Shown: piece by piece, positions 35,533 through 46,359 of the stretch
How positions within the stretch are numbered: the first letter of the stretch is position 1
Layout of the letters: every line of letters begins with the position of its first letter
Source: a virus
Reading direction: 5' to 3' (one strand)
IMG/VR virus record: IMGVR_UViG_3300044634_002329
Coordinates: 1 to 64,000 of that record
DNA: 64,000 bases
Position numbers and translations under genes: made by a program
Notes under the pieces: model-generated
What the model was told of the DNA's origin: nothing
What the model saw: the letters and a program-made list of their open reading frames with translations, nothing else
Databases searched by the model: none

Positions 35533-38280
35533 ATGCAAATAATTAATGCTCTACAAGCTAAAAACGGAGCCAAAACTGAACATAATAGAATTGGTAGTAT
35601 TACACAACCATTACAATTTCTTACTAAAGCAGAAAAAGATGCTCAATGGGCTGCTTGGAATTTAGACTGGGTTGAATGGCAAGGTTTAAAACAGATCCGT
35701 AGAAATGCTAGAAGACTTATGAAAAACTATAAGTTGGCTAAAGGTATTATTGACAAGTCTGATTACATTGTAGAAGAAGATAATGATTATAGAGACATTG
35801 TTGAAATACTAACTAAAGAAGATCAATCTGCTTTAGAGTTAAAATTCTACCCAATTATTCCAAATGTAATCAATGTGTTAGTTGCAGAGTTTGCAAAAAG
35901 AACAACTAAACTTACATATAGAGCTGTAGATGAGTTTTCATATAATGAAATGATGGAGCAAAAAAGATCAATGGTAGAAGAAACATTGATGGGAAATGCT
36001 CAAATGAAACTTATGGCTGCTATGATTGAACAAGGATTAGATCCTAATTCACCTGAAGCACAAGAACAAGTTAATCCAGAAAAATTAAAATCATTACCAG
36101 AAATAGAAGCTTTCTTTAAAAAAGACTATAGATCCATGGTAGAACAATGGGCCGAGCATCAACACAAAGTAGATGTTGAAAGGTTTAAAATGGATGAGTT
36201 AGAAGAAAGAGGATTTAGAGATATGCTTATTACTGATAGAGAGTTCTGGCATATGAGAATGATGGAGGATGATTATGAGGTTGAACTTTGGAATCCGGCT
36301 ATTACCTTTTACCATAAATCTCCAGATGCTAGATATATTTCTCAATCTAACTGGGTTGGTAAAACTGATATGATGACAGCATCAGATGTAATTGATAAGT
36401 ATGGTTACATGATGACTGAAGAGCAACTAGCTGCACTAGAAGCTGTATACCCTATTAGATCTGCAGGTTACACTATAGGTGGTCAACAAAATGACGGATC
36501 ATACTATGATGGTACTAAATCTCATGAATGGAATACTAACATGCCTTCATTAGCATATAGACAATACACATCTGCAATGAATGGTACAGTACTAAATTCT
36601 GGAGATATTATTAATCAAATCCTATCAGAAGGGGAAGATTACTATGATCAAGGTACAGCATACTTATTAAGAGTATCTACTGTATATTGGAAATCACAAA
36701 GAAAAGTAGGACACTTAACTAAAGTTGCAGAAAATGGTGAAGTAGTTAATGAAGTAGTATCTGAAGAATATAAAATTACAGATAAGCCTATATATGATAT
36801 AAGAATGTTTAAGAATAAAACTAAAGACAATCTTATATATGGTGAACATATTGACTGGATATGGATTAATGAAGTATGGGGTGGTGTTAAAGTAGGCCCT
36901 AACATTCCTTCATTCTGGGGTATGAATAACCCTGGAGGATTCTCACCTATCTATATTGGTGTAGATAAAAACAAAATTAGCCCACTTAAATTTCAATTTA
37001 AAGGAGATAACACTCTTTATGGTTGTAAACTTCCTGTAGAAGGTTCAGTCTTTTCTGATAGAAATACTAAGTCTACTGCACTTATTGATTTAATGAAACC
37101 ATACCAGATTGGATACAACATTGTAAATAATCAAATAGCAGATATACTAGTAGATGAATTAGGTACTGTAATTATGTTTGATCAAAACACATTACCTAGA
37201 CACTCACTAGGAGAAGATTGGGGAAAAGGTAACTTAGCTAAAGCTTATGTTGCTATGAAGAATTTCCAGATGCTTCCACTTGATACATCTATTACTAATA
37301 CAGAGAATGCATTAAACTTTAATCATTTCCAAAAATTAGATCTAGAACAGACTAATAGATTAATGTCAAGGGTTAACTTGGCTAACTATTTTAAACAACA
37401 AGCCTATGAGGTCATTGGGGTGACTCCTCAACGTATGGGACAAGAAATAGCTAGAATGAGTGCCACAGGTGTAGAACAAGCAGCAAATGCTTCCTATGCA
37501 CAAACTGAGGTATTCTTTATACAACACTGTGACTACTTAATGCCAAGAGTGCATCAAATGAGAACAGACTTAGCTCAGTTTTATCATTCAACTAAACCAT
37601 CAGCTAGATTATCATATATGACATCTGCAGATGAAAAAGTCAATTTCCAAATTAATGGAACTGATTTGTTAATGAGAGATCTTAATATATTCTGTAGTAC
37701 TAATGCTAATAACAGAGCTATCTTAGAGCAATTAAAAAATCTTGCTGTAAATAATAATACTACTGGAGCATCTATTTATGATCTTGGTAAACTTGTACAA
37801 TCAGATTCTATTGCTGAACTTAATTCAGCTCTTAAAGCATCTGAAGCTAAGGTTAATCAACTTAAGCAACAAGAAATGCAACAAGCTCAACAAATGCAAC
37901 AAGAACAAATTGCTTCTCAAGAAAAACAAAAACAAATGCAAATCCAAGCTGAAGCAGAAAAACAAGATAAGATTCTTGAAAACAATATTGTTGTGGCTGA
38001 GATTAGAGCATCTGGTTTTGGAGCTACTATGGATATCAATGAAAATAAAATGTCAGACTTCCAGGATTCAATGAAAGATCTTAGACAAACTGAGCAATAC
38101 AGAGAACAAACTGATTTGCAAAGAGAAAAACAGTCTAATGAAAACTTAAGAAGTTCTCAAAAAATGGATATTGAAAGAGAAAAACTTCAAACCCAAAGAG
38201 AGATAGCTGATAAACAATTACAGGTAGCAAGAGAGAATAAAAACAAGTTTGATAATAAATCTAAAGAAAAGAAGAAGTAG
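35533..38280 (+). CDS. portal protein
   Basis: 915 aa after TerL; YPIIPNVINVL; Q-rich coiled-coil C-terminus. Confidence 0.85.
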   Translation: MQIINALQAKNGAKTEHNRIGSITQPLQFLTKAEKDAQWAAWNLDWVEWQGLKQIRRNARRLMKNYKLAKGIIDKSDYIVEEDNDYRDIVEILTKEDQSALELKFYPIIPNVINVLVAEFAKRTTKLTYRAVDEFSYNEMMEQKRSMVEETLMGNAQMKLMAAMIEQGLDPNSPEAQEQVNPEKLKSLPEIEAFFKKDYRSMVEQWAEHQHKVDVERFKMDELEERGFRDMLITDREFWHMRMMEDDYEVELWNPAITFYHKSPDARYISQSNWVGKTDMMTASDVIDKYGYMMTEEQLAALEAVYPIRSAGYTIGGQQNDGSYYDGTKSHEWNTNMPSLAYRQYTSAMNGTVLNSGDIINQILSEGEDYYDQGTAYLLRVSTVYWKSQRKVGHLTKVAENGEVVNEVVSEEYKITDKPIYDIRMFKNKTKDNLIYGEHIDWIWINEVWGGVKVGPNIPSFWGMNNPGGFSPIYIGVDKNKISPLKFQFKGDNTLYGCKLPVEGSVFSDRNTKSTALIDLMKPYQIGYNIVNNQIADILVDELGTVIMFDQNTLPRHSLGEDWGKGNLAKAYVAMKNFQMLPLDTSITNTENALNFNHFQKLDLEQTNRLMSRVNLANYFKQQAYEVIGVTPQRMGQEIARMSATGVEQAANASYAQTEVFFIQHCDYLMPRVHQMRTDLAQFYHSTKPSARLSYMTSADEKVNFQINGTDLLMRDLNIFCSTNANNRAILEQLKNLAVNNNTTGASIYDLGKLVQSDSIAELNSALKASEAKVNQLKQQEMQQAQQMQQEQIASQEKQKQMQIQAEAEKQDKILENNIVVAEIRASGFGATMDINENKMSDFQDSMKDLRQTEQYREQTDLQREKQSNENLRSSQKMDIEREKLQTQREIADKQLQVARENKNKFDNKSKEKKK

Positions 38281-38368
38281 TATAGCCATATAGTAGAAAA
38301 AATTATAAAACAGTTTTAAATTTTTAAAATTTATTTACTATATTACATTATAAACAAAAACCAACAAA

Positions 38369-39631
38369 ATGTTTGAAGAAGAAAAAAAATCTGATAACCA
38401 GATTCTAGATGCTACAACGGTAGCACAAGTAGATGTAAACATTGATGAAATTTTTGGTGTACCTGGAGCAGAAAGTGTAATGCTTCCTGAAGATGGTAAA
38501 GAACCTGAAAAGCCAAAGTCAGTATTTACAAAAGAAACAGTAGATGTATCGTTCCTTGACAAGACAGTTAATACTCCTGATGATGTAGTGAGTAACAAAG
38601 CTGAAGTAGCAGAAACAATTGCTGAATTAGATGGTCTTATATCTCAAGAAGAAGATTCAGGTAACAAAGGAAGACCAAAAGTAGATAAGTCTGGTCTTAT
38701 GGAGTTAGCTCAAAAAATGATTGAAGATGGTGTTCTAGTTCCTTTTGCAGATGAAGAAGGAAATGAAATTCCTTTGGATAAATATACTACTAAAGACTTC
38801 AGAGAACTTTTTGAAGAAAACTTTCAAGAAAGAGAAAAAAAGATTAAAGAAAATACTCCAAAGGAATTCTTTAACTCTCTTCCAGAAGAACTTCAGATTG
38901 CTGCTAAATATGTAGCTGATGGTGGACAAGACATGAAAGGTCTTTTTAGAACATTAGCACAGATGGAGGAAATGATTCAATTAGATCCATCTAATGAATA
39001 TGATCAAGCAGAAATTGCTAGACAATATTTAACAGCTACTAACTTTGGTACTCCAGAAGAAATTGATGAAGAAATCAATGACTGGAAAGACATGGATAGA
39101 TTAGAACAAAAAGCTAATCAATTCAAACCTAAGTTAGACAGAATGCAAGAAGAAATTGTTGCAAAACAATTAGCAGAACAAGAACAGAAAAAAGAACAAC
39201 AAGCTAAAGCTGCTAAAGTTTATACAGATAATGTATACAATACACTATTAACAGGAGAAATAGGTGGGATTAAACTTGATAAGAAAACACAAGGTATGTT
39301 ATACTCAGGATTAGTTCAACCAAATTATTCTTCTATCTCAGGTAAACCTACAAATATGTTAGGTCACTTACTTGAAAAGTATCAGTTTGTAGAACCAAGA
39401 CATGATTTAATTGCTGAAGCTCTTTGGTTATTGTCAGATCCAGAAGGATACAAAACAAAGATTAAAGACCAAGGTTCTAAAGCAGCTACTGAAAAAACAG
39501 TAAGAATGTTAAAGACTGAAGAGTCTAGAAAAATTGCTTCAACTATAAATGAAGAAGAAGAAAAAAGAACAAATAAACCAAATAGAACAATACCAAGGGC
39601 TCAGGCCGGAAGTATGTTTAGAAGATTTTAA
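38369..39631 (+). CDS. putative scaffolding protein
   Basis: Acidic helical protein between portal and capsid genes. Confidence 0.65.
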   Translation: MFEEEKKSDNQILDATTVAQVDVNIDEIFGVPGAESVMLPEDGKEPEKPKSVFTKETVDVSFLDKTVNTPDDVVSNKAEVAETIAELDGLISQEEDSGNKGRPKVDKSGLMELAQKMIEDGVLVPFADEEGNEIPLDKYTTKDFRELFEENFQEREKKIKENTPKEFFNSLPEELQIAAKYVADGGQDMKGLFRTLAQMEEMIQLDPSNEYDQAEIARQYLTATNFGTPEEIDEEINDWKDMDRLEQKANQFKPKLDRMQEEIVAKQLAEQEQKKEQQAKAAKVYTDNVYNTLLTGEIGGIKLDKKTQGMLYSGLVQPNYSSISGKPTNMLGHLLEKYQFVEPRHDLIAEALWLLSDPEGYKTKIKDQGSKAATEKTVRMLKTEESRKIASTINEEEEKRTNKPNRTIPRAQAGSMFRRF

Positions 39632-39662
39632 ATAATAAACACTAATAAATAAACAAGTAAAA

Positions 39663-41279
39663 ATGGCAACTCCAGTTTTAAACAATGGTATATTCCTACG
39701 TGATACTGCTTATGCAGCTTCATCTCACGTAGATTCTTACCACTTAGTAAACATGCTTAAGGATGCTGAACCTATGGATTTAGGTCCGGTTGATCTTTGG
39801 GCTATGGCACAAAAGGTTGAAATGCCTCTTTACCAAATGTCTTCTTTCGGTGGAAAGAATGTCATTATGGTTGACAATGCTCGTGGAGAGTATAGATGGC
39901 AAACTCCAGTTTCAGTAGATCTACCTTACATTGTAGAGGACATTGAATCTGAAAATGATTTCAAAGGTATTGAAGGTACTACTTTCCGTATCAAGTTGAA
40001 CAAACGTGAGTTTGGACATGGTGATATTATCACTTATGACAAATACAACGGTGTTGAGATGTACATTACAGCTGAAGACATTCTTCCTATTGGAGATGGA
40101 TTTATCTATACTGTACAGTTGGTAAACAATGACAATTACAAATACTTGGATAACAAGTACTTGTCTAATGGTACAAAAGTTTTCCGTAAAGGTTCAGCTA
40201 GAGGTGAGTATGGTGAGAGATTCTCTGACATCATTACTAACACAGGTTTCCGTGAATTCTATAACTATGTAGGAGGTGCTGAAGCTCACGTACATTACTC
40301 TATCTCTTCTCGTGCAGATTTGATGATCAAAGGTGGAATGAATGCAGATGGTACAGTTCCTGTAACTGAAATCTGGAGAACATTTGACAAAAACATTGAT
40401 CCAGCAATTGCATCTTTGGATGATATGGTTAAGGTAATGGGTAAAGACAAAGTTAAAAAAGCATTTGACAATGGAGACTTGTCACGTACTTTCTTGACTA
40501 ACATGGAAGCTGCTCACTTAACAAAAATTGCAACGGATATTGAGACTTACCTTATGTGGGGACACGGAGGTAGAGTACGTCAAGATGGTCCAGATGATGT
40601 AAGATTGTCAGTGGGTCTTTGGAAACAATTGGATAACTCTTTCAAAAGAGTATACAATAAAAATAACTTTACATTGGATTTGTTCCGTGGAGAAATCTAC
40701 AACTTCTTCAATGGTAAAGTTGAGTTCCAAGGTCCAGATCCAAAAAGATCTTTGGTTGTACAAACTGGTATGGGTGGAATGAGAATGGTAAATGAAGCTA
40801 TCAAAAGAGAAGCAGTATCTTCTGGTCTTTTGATTCAAGCTGCTGATATCGGTGCAATCACTGGTAAAGGTATGGACTTGAACTTTGGATTTGCTTACAC
40901 TTCTTATGTTATTCCATTCTTGGCTAACGTGAAATTTGTATTGAATCCAGCATTTGACAATGTTCATACAAATGATATTGAGAACCCAATCATTGATGGT
41001 TTCCCATTATCTTCTTACTCATTCATTATCTTTGATATCACAGATAACACAAATGACAACATCTACATGTTGAAATTGTCTTGGGATAATCAATTGAAAT
41101 GGTGGTATCAAAATGGTACAATGGATTACATGGGTAGAACTCAAGGGTTCCAATCTTCTGGACAATTCAACGGATACCGTGTAATGATGTCTCAAACAAT
41201 GCCTGCTATTTGGGTTAAAGATCCAACTAAAGTATTAAAAATTGTTATGAGAAACCCAGTTACAGGTGGATCATTCTAA
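39663..41279 (+). CDS. major capsid protein
   Basis: 538 aa, synteny, highly expressed codon bias, own terminator. Confidence 0.85.
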   Translation: MATPVLNNGIFLRDTAYAASSHVDSYHLVNMLKDAEPMDLGPVDLWAMAQKVEMPLYQMSSFGGKNVIMVDNARGEYRWQTPVSVDLPYIVEDIESENDFKGIEGTTFRIKLNKREFGHGDIITYDKYNGVEMYITAEDILPIGDGFIYTVQLVNNDNYKYLDNKYLSNGTKVFRKGSARGEYGERFSDIITNTGFREFYNYVGGAEAHVHYSISSRADLMIKGGMNADGTVPVTEIWRTFDKNIDPAIASLDDMVKVMGKDKVKKAFDNGDLSRTFLTNMEAAHLTKIATDIETYLMWGHGGRVRQDGPDDVRLSVGLWKQLDNSFKRVYNKNNFTLDLFRGEIYNFFNGKVEFQGPDPKRSLVVQTGMGGMRMVNEAIKREAVSSGLLIQAADIGAITGKGMDLNFGFAYTSYVIPFLANVKFVLNPAFDNVHTNDIENPIIDGFPLSSYSFIIFDITDNTNDNIYMLKLSWDNQLKWWYQNGTMDYMGRTQGFQSSGQFNGYRVMMSQTMPAIWVKDPTKVLKIVMRNPVTGGSF

Positions 41280-41294
41280 TAAGTCAAAGGATAA

Positions 41295-41322
41295 CGGGAG
41301 AGATATTATGTTTCTCCCTTTA
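41295..41322 (+). terminator. intrinsic terminator after MCP
   Basis: GGGAGA...TCTCCC-TTT. Confidence 0.6.
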
Positions 41323-41361
41323 TTAATTTTTAAAAACCAATAATTAAAAACCAACAAAAAC

Positions 41362-42378
41362 ATGAGTACATTCACAATGGTTGAAACCAATAAGGCAAGC
41401 AACCGTAAAACAGCAATAGCAATCCGTCCTTTCTTTGATAATGCAGCTTCAAACATGGGATTAGAACATTATGGTTTATCTTTATATGATGGAGTTAAAC
41501 ACCATGAACAACTAGCTTGTTTAGAAAATAATGGAGTAATCAGATATGTAACTGGTCTAAATGAATTTGCACCAGAAATTAAGTTGCTTAATAAAGAAGA
41601 CAGAGAAGCTAGAGTACATGAAATTAGAACAGCTATTATTGAATTAGAAAAAGAATTAGCTGCTAATGTAATTGATATTGATAGTCCAACATTTTGGAAT
41701 GAAGTAAAATTGTTAAAACCAGATAATGCAGAATTTTGGAATAGAATTAATATTGCATGTGGTAATGATCCAGTTTTCCTAGATCCAAAAGATCCTTATG
41801 ATAGAATTAAACTTTATGCTATTGAAGCAGGAGGTTTTGCTATTGTAGCAAAAAGTTTTGATGATGCTAGATCCAAAGCAGTTCCACCAAAGTTTTACTT
41901 AGACAAAGAAGAAGAAACTGTAATGGCTAGAACTGAATACAAAAAAATGAGAAATAAAGCATTGTCTGAGCTTCAAAAATTATTTGACAAAAACAGTACT
42001 AAGTTATTCTACATTGCAAAAGTTGTAGATATTAATAGTACACAATATAGAAAAGCTACACCATTAGATGTTATCTATGAAAATATGGATAGATATATTA
42101 ATGGTGATGGTGGAGAAAGCAATAAAGAAAGAGCAGCTAAATCTTTTATTGAAACATCCAATATGGATATGGAAACACTAAAAATTAAATCAATTGTACG
42201 TGATTCCGTTTTTTTTAAGTATATTATTAATAAGGCTGATGGATATATTTATCATGTAAAATCAAATGCATTACTTGGTAGAAATGTTTCAGATGTTGTT
42301 GAGTTTTTAAAGAATCCTTTAAATGAAGATGTTTTAAAAGACTTGAGCACAGCCACAGAAAAATATTGGAACTCTTAA
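41362..42378 (+). CDS. conserved crAss-like protein downstream of MCP
   Basis: RYVTGL; synteny. Confidence 0.7.
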   Translation: MSTFTMVETNKASNRKTAIAIRPFFDNAASNMGLEHYGLSLYDGVKHHEQLACLENNGVIRYVTGLNEFAPEIKLLNKEDREARVHEIRTAIIELEKELAANVIDIDSPTFWNEVKLLKPDNAEFWNRINIACGNDPVFLDPKDPYDRIKLYAIEAGGFAIVAKSFDDARSKAVPPKFYLDKEEETVMARTEYKKMRNKALSELQKLFDKNSTKLFYIAKVVDINSTQYRKATPLDVIYENMDRYINGDGGESNKERAAKSFIETSNMDMETLKIKSIVRDSVFFKYIINKADGYIYHVKSNALLGRNVSDVVEFLKNPLNEDVLKDLSTATEKYWNS

Positions 42379-42390
42379 AATTAAAATAAA

Positions 42391-43329
42391 ATGGCAACAA
42401 AAAAAACATCAGCTCAATTAAAAGCTGAAGGTAAATCAATGAAACAAAAAGGCCAAGCTATGAAAAAGACTGGTCAAGTAATGAAAGTAGTTGGTAAATA
42501 TGATCCTGTAAATGTAGCAGGTAGAGCAGTAAATAACCTTAATAAAGGGATTGCTACTGGTGCAAATATTGCATCTAAAGCAGGTTCATTAGGAATGAAA
42601 GCTGCTCAACAAGGAGCAGGTAAAGTTGTAAAAGGAGCAATGGCTGCTACTAATGTATTAGGTGCTGCATTAAATCCAATTGGTACAGCTGTAAAAATAA
42701 TGAATGCTTCTCAAAAAGCACAAGCAAAAGCTAAAGCATCATCTAATAAAAAATCTTATGCAGATAGTAAAGGTGGTAAAACAACTGTAAGTAAAAATGC
42801 AAATGGTTCTAAAACTGTTGTATATAAAAAAGGTGATGTTAAGACTACTAAAACTTCTACTACAAAACCTGGAAAAAGTACATACAAAACAGGATCTGGA
42901 ACTTCAACAAAGTTTACACCTAATGTAACTAAGTCTACAATAAAAGTTGAAGCACCAAAAGGTACAACAATTAAAAATACTGATGGAAGTAAAAAAGCTA
43001 CTACTCCAAAACCAGCACCTGTAAAAGTTAAACCAATTACAGGTACTCAAAAAGTAGCTCCTAAAAAATCATCTAGTACATCTAGTAAATCTGAAGAAGT
43101 AACTCCATTGGCACCACGTAAAGCAACAGAAATTAGTATTGCTAGACCTGAGATTGCTAAAACTCCAGTTAAACAAAAATTTGGGGCTAGAGTTAAAGCT
43201 AAAGTTGCAGAAGCAGTTACTAACCGTAGAGAGAAAAAACTAGCTAAACTTAAAAGTAAGTTAGGTAAAATGAAAACTGGAGGTATGGTTAATCCTAATG
43301 TAAATGTATCTGTTAAACCAAAAGCATAA
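42391..43329 (+). CDS. K/A/T-rich histone-H1-like protein
   Basis: Very basic, low complexity; MKTGG motif. Confidence 0.7.
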   Translation: MATKKTSAQLKAEGKSMKQKGQAMKKTGQVMKVVGKYDPVNVAGRAVNNLNKGIATGANIASKAGSLGMKAAQQGAGKVVKGAMAATNVLGAALNPIGTAVKIMNASQKAQAKAKASSNKKSYADSKGGKTTVSKNANGSKTVVYKKGDVKTTKTSTTKPGKSTYKTGSGTSTKFTPNVTKSTIKVEAPKGTTIKNTDGSKKATTPKPAPVKVKPITGTQKVAPKKSSSTSSKSEEVTPLAPRKATEISIARPEIAKTPVKQKFGARVKAKVAEAVTNRREKKLAKLKSKLGKMKTGGMVNPNVNVSVKPKA

Positions 43330-43335
43330 ATAGTT

Positions 43336-43515
43336 ATGGCACAATATACAACTGGGAAACTTTGTAACCCAAATCCAAGTTTACAAGTACAAAAAGTCCC
43401 TGGTAGCAAAGGTACATTTGTTGGTCTTAATACACCAATTACTGTACAAACAGTTGCTAAAGGACGTGTAGGTGGAACTAGTTCAGCTCCTAAAACAGCA
43501 GAACCAAGTAAATAA
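43336..43515 (+). CDS. small basic protein (59 aa), absent from ORF track
   Basis: MAQYTTGKLCNPNPSLQVQKVPGSKG... Confidence 0.6.
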   Translation: MAQYTTGKLCNPNPSLQVQKVPGSKGTFVGLNTPITVQTVAKGRVGGTSSAPKTAEPSK

Positions 43516-43538
43516 TACTATTTTAATATATTAAAATA

Positions 43539-43877
43539 ATGCCTAAAGATGCATGTTATACTAAAGTAAAAGCACAGTATGCTGTGTTTCCTTCAGCTAG
43601 AGCTTCTCAAGCTATTGCCAAATGCCGTAAAGGTTCAGGCACAGTAAGAAAGACTAAAGCTGGTAGTGATCTTAAAAGATGGCAAGCAGAAAAATGGCAA
43701 GATACTAAATCAGGAAAAGCTTGTGGTGCCGGTGGTAAAAATGAATACTGCCGGCCAACAAGAAAAGTATCTAAAAATACACCAAAAACAAAGTATGAAT
43801 TATCCCCTTCTAAATTGGCTTCAAAGAAAACTGAGAAGTCTAAAGTAGGAATGGGAAGAAGAGTTAAAAATGTGTAA
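43539..43877 (+). CDS. basic Cys-containing conserved viral protein (DUF5872-like)
   Basis: PSARAS...LKRWQAEKW...GKACG...YCRP..KVSKNTPKT. Confidence 0.6.
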   Translation: MPKDACYTKVKAQYAVFPSARASQAIAKCRKGSGTVRKTKAGSDLKRWQAEKWQDTKSGKACGAGGKNEYCRPTRKVSKNTPKTKYELSPSKLASKKTEKSKVGMGRRVKNV

Positions 43878-43895
43878 TGACTAAACTTATGTGTA

Positions 43896-44081
43896 ATGGA
43901 TAGAGTAAAAAGATTAACACAAAAAGAAAATAGACTTGTCAAGAAAGGTTACAAGGCTGTTGATGAAGGTAGAGAAAAAAAAGCTGATAGACTTTTAGGT
44001 AGAGCAGCTAAAACTCAAAACCGTATAATTAACATAACTGAAAGAAAAAAGGGAGGTAGTGTTAAAACTAAAAAGAAATAG
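43896..44081 (+). CDS. small basic protein
   Basis: RKKGG motif near C-terminus. Confidence 0.65.
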   Translation: MDRVKRLTQKENRLVKKGYKAVDEGREKKADRLLGRAAKTQNRIINITERKKGGSVKTKKK

Positions 44082-44083
44082 TC

Positions 44084-44632
44084 ATGGCAACAAAAAAAAC
44101 AACAGTTCATCCTCTTACTGCATTTAGAAAAGCTAATGAAGCTAGACTAGCTCCAGTAAAAAGATCTATGCAAAAAGCTCAAGAGGGTATGTCTTTTAAA
44201 AATACTTATGCTGGTCCATTGACAGAATCAGATACTAAAAGACTTGACCAAGCTTTTCCATCTACAACTACACCTAATGTACCATTTGCACCAGCAAAAC
44301 CAAATATGGGTTATGGTACTGAAGATATGTACAGACAAAAAGAATCAAGTGATAGATCTGCTTTTGAAAATTATTTAAGATCTCCTGCTGTTGGTCGTAA
44401 TAATAAAAGACTAGGAAAAGGTTTTAATAATGAAGCTCTTATGAATCAAAAGGGTAACCGTCAGGCTACAATAGCTAGTATAAATGAAATGAATAATATA
44501 GATTGGAAATCAGAAGAAGGTAACCAAACAAAAAAAATGTTAGATAGAGATTACAAAGAATCTTATAAAAAAGGAGGCTTAATAAAAAATGTGATTGCTA
44601 AAAAAACAATGATAAAATCTAAAAGAAAATAG
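44084..44632 (+). CDS. basic hypothetical protein
   Basis: AQEG and YKKGG motifs. Confidence 0.65.
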   Translation: MATKKTTVHPLTAFRKANEARLAPVKRSMQKAQEGMSFKNTYAGPLTESDTKRLDQAFPSTTTPNVPFAPAKPNMGYGTEDMYRQKESSDRSAFENYLRSPAVGRNNKRLGKGFNNEALMNQKGNRQATIASINEMNNIDWKSEEGNQTKKMLDRDYKESYKKGGLIKNVIAKKTMIKSKRK

Positions 44633-44634
44633 TA

Positions 44635-44907
44635 ATGGCAAAGACAGCTGCATGGACCCGTAAGGAGGGAAAGAATCCTACAGGAGGATTAAATGCTAAA
44701 GGAGTAGCAAGTTATAGAGCTGCTAATCCTGGTAGTAAACTTAAGACAGCTGTTACTACCAAACCATCAAAACTTGATCCGGATAGTAAACCGGCCAAAA
44801 GAAGAAAGTCATTCTGTGCTAGGATGTCAGGTATGCCTGGACCTATGAAGGATGAAAAAGGAAGACCTACAAGAAAGGCTCTTTCATTAAGAAAGTGGAA
44901 TTGTTAA
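44635..44907 (+). CDS. DUF6321-like basic protein
   Basis: AWTRKEGKNPTGGLNAKG...RRKSFCARM...LRKWNC. Confidence 0.75.
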   Translation: MAKTAAWTRKEGKNPTGGLNAKGVASYRAANPGSKLKTAVTTKPSKLDPDSKPAKRRKSFCARMSGMPGPMKDEKGRPTRKALSLRKWNC

Positions 44908-44918
44908 AACATTATATA

Positions 44919-46199
44919 ATGAAAAAAGTAGTTAAGAAATATGACAAAGGAGGTGCTAAACCTAAAGGTGTATCTAAACAAGTTGCATCAGTTACTGGTC
45001 TTCCTGAAGGTAGTTATGTTGCTAAATCTAAAGCAGTTACTAAACCTGCAGTTAAAACTATAACTAAAGCTCCTGTTAAAAAAAATGCAGCAGTAGGTAA
45101 AGCAACAGCTTATAAAACTGAAAAAAGAACTTATGTAGATCCTTCATCTCCAGCTTATTCAAAATTATCTGCTAAAGAAAGAAATGAAAATACTGCTAAT
45201 CAAGTAAGAAAATCAACAGGTACTCCTTTATATTATTCAACAGGTACTAAAGTAGCTTATAATAAAAAAAATAATACTAAAACTATTGTTAATTATAAAG
45301 CTGATGGTACTAAACAAACTAAAGTAATTAATTATTCTAAACCTGCTACAGCTAAAAAAGCTCCTGTTAAAACACCAGTTAAGCAACCAGTTAAAACTGC
45401 TTATGATGTATTAAAAGATAAGCAAACAGCAGTAAAAAATCCTAGAGTTGGTACACCAGTTAAAGGTACAGTTACTACAAATCCTAAGAAAACAGTTACT
45501 GTAAAAAAATCTACTGTTAAACCTGCAGCAGTTAAAGCTGTAGAAGAACAAGTAACTCCATTAGCATTTAAAAAAGTTTCTGACTTTGCTCCTATTAAAT
45601 CTACAGCTAGTTCAACTACAAGTTCTGCACCTAAAAGTACAGTTAGTAAAACAACTCCAGATAGAGTTAAAGCTCCTGTAAACAAACCTACGGTTAGTAT
45701 GGGTGAAAGACTTACTGGTTATAAAGGTACAAGTAAACCTGTTGCTAGTACAACTACTAGTGCACCTACTAGTACAATACCTACACCTACAGAATCAACT
45801 CCGGGTAGAGTTAGTTTAATAGATAGAATTAAAGGTAACATAGCTAAAAGAAAAATGAAAAGAATGGCTAAGTTATCTGAACAAGTTGGTCAAAGTAGAG
45901 CAATGGGTACATATGCTCAACCTGCTATGAAAAAAGGAGGTACTAAAAAATATGCTAAAGGTGGTTTTCCAGATTTAAATAAAGATGGTGAAGTTACTAA
46001 AGCTGATATTCTTAAAGGACGTGGGGTTATTGCTAGAAAAGGTGGGACTGTTAAAAAATTAGTTAAAGCTCAATATGGTATTAGTACGACTAAAGGAAGT
46101 ACAACTAAAAAACCTTTATATAACCCAGCTAAAATTAAAGTAACATCTAGTAAAAAAAAACCTAGTTATAATGAAGTTTTTAAAACTAAAAAGAAATAA
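44919..46199 (+). CDS. K/T/A/P-rich histone-H1-like protein
   Basis: Start reassigned to MKKVV; multiple xxKGG motifs; FPDLNKDGEVTKAD EF-hand-like loop. Confidence 0.7.
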   Translation: MKKVVKKYDKGGAKPKGVSKQVASVTGLPEGSYVAKSKAVTKPAVKTITKAPVKKNAAVGKATAYKTEKRTYVDPSSPAYSKLSAKERNENTANQVRKSTGTPLYYSTGTKVAYNKKNNTKTIVNYKADGTKQTKVINYSKPATAKKAPVKTPVKQPVKTAYDVLKDKQTAVKNPRVGTPVKGTVTTNPKKTVTVKKSTVKPAAVKAVEEQVTPLAFKKVSDFAPIKSTASSTTSSAPKSTVSKTTPDRVKAPVNKPTVSMGERLTGYKGTSKPVASTTTSAPTSTIPTPTESTPGRVSLIDRIKGNIAKRKMKRMAKLSEQVGQSRAMGTYAQPAMKKGGTKKYAKGGFPDLNKDGEVTKADILKGRGVIARKGGTVKKLVKAQYGISTTKGSTTKKPLYNPAKIKVTSSKKKPSYNEVFKTKKK

Positions 46200-46201
46200 T
46201 T

Positions 46202-46357
46202 ATGGCTACAGCTAAAAAGAAAACAGATAAAAAATGGATTCAAAAAGCTGTGAATCCTGCACATAAAGGATATTGCACTCCAATGTCAAAACCAACATGT
46301 ACTCCTAAAAGAGCGGCATTAGCTAGAACATTTAAAAAAATGGCAAAAAATAAATAA
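46202..46357 (+). CDS. small basic protein (51 aa), absent from ORF track
   Basis: MATAKKKTDKKWIQKAVNPAHKGYCTP...ALARTFKKM. Confidence 0.65.
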   Translation: MATAKKKTDKKWIQKAVNPAHKGYCTPMSKPTCTPKRAALARTFKKMAKNK

Positions 46358-46359
46358 TC

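Noticed and set aside
33324-41279. Introns or inteins in terminase, portal or capsid genes
   Set aside because: ORFs are continuous, of expected size, with no splicing or homing motifs seen.
29306-44632. Stop-codon reassignment as in some crAss-like phages
   Set aside because: Long genes are intact in code 11 and TAG ends genes cleanly (29770, 38280, 44081, 44632); no suppressor tRNA seen.
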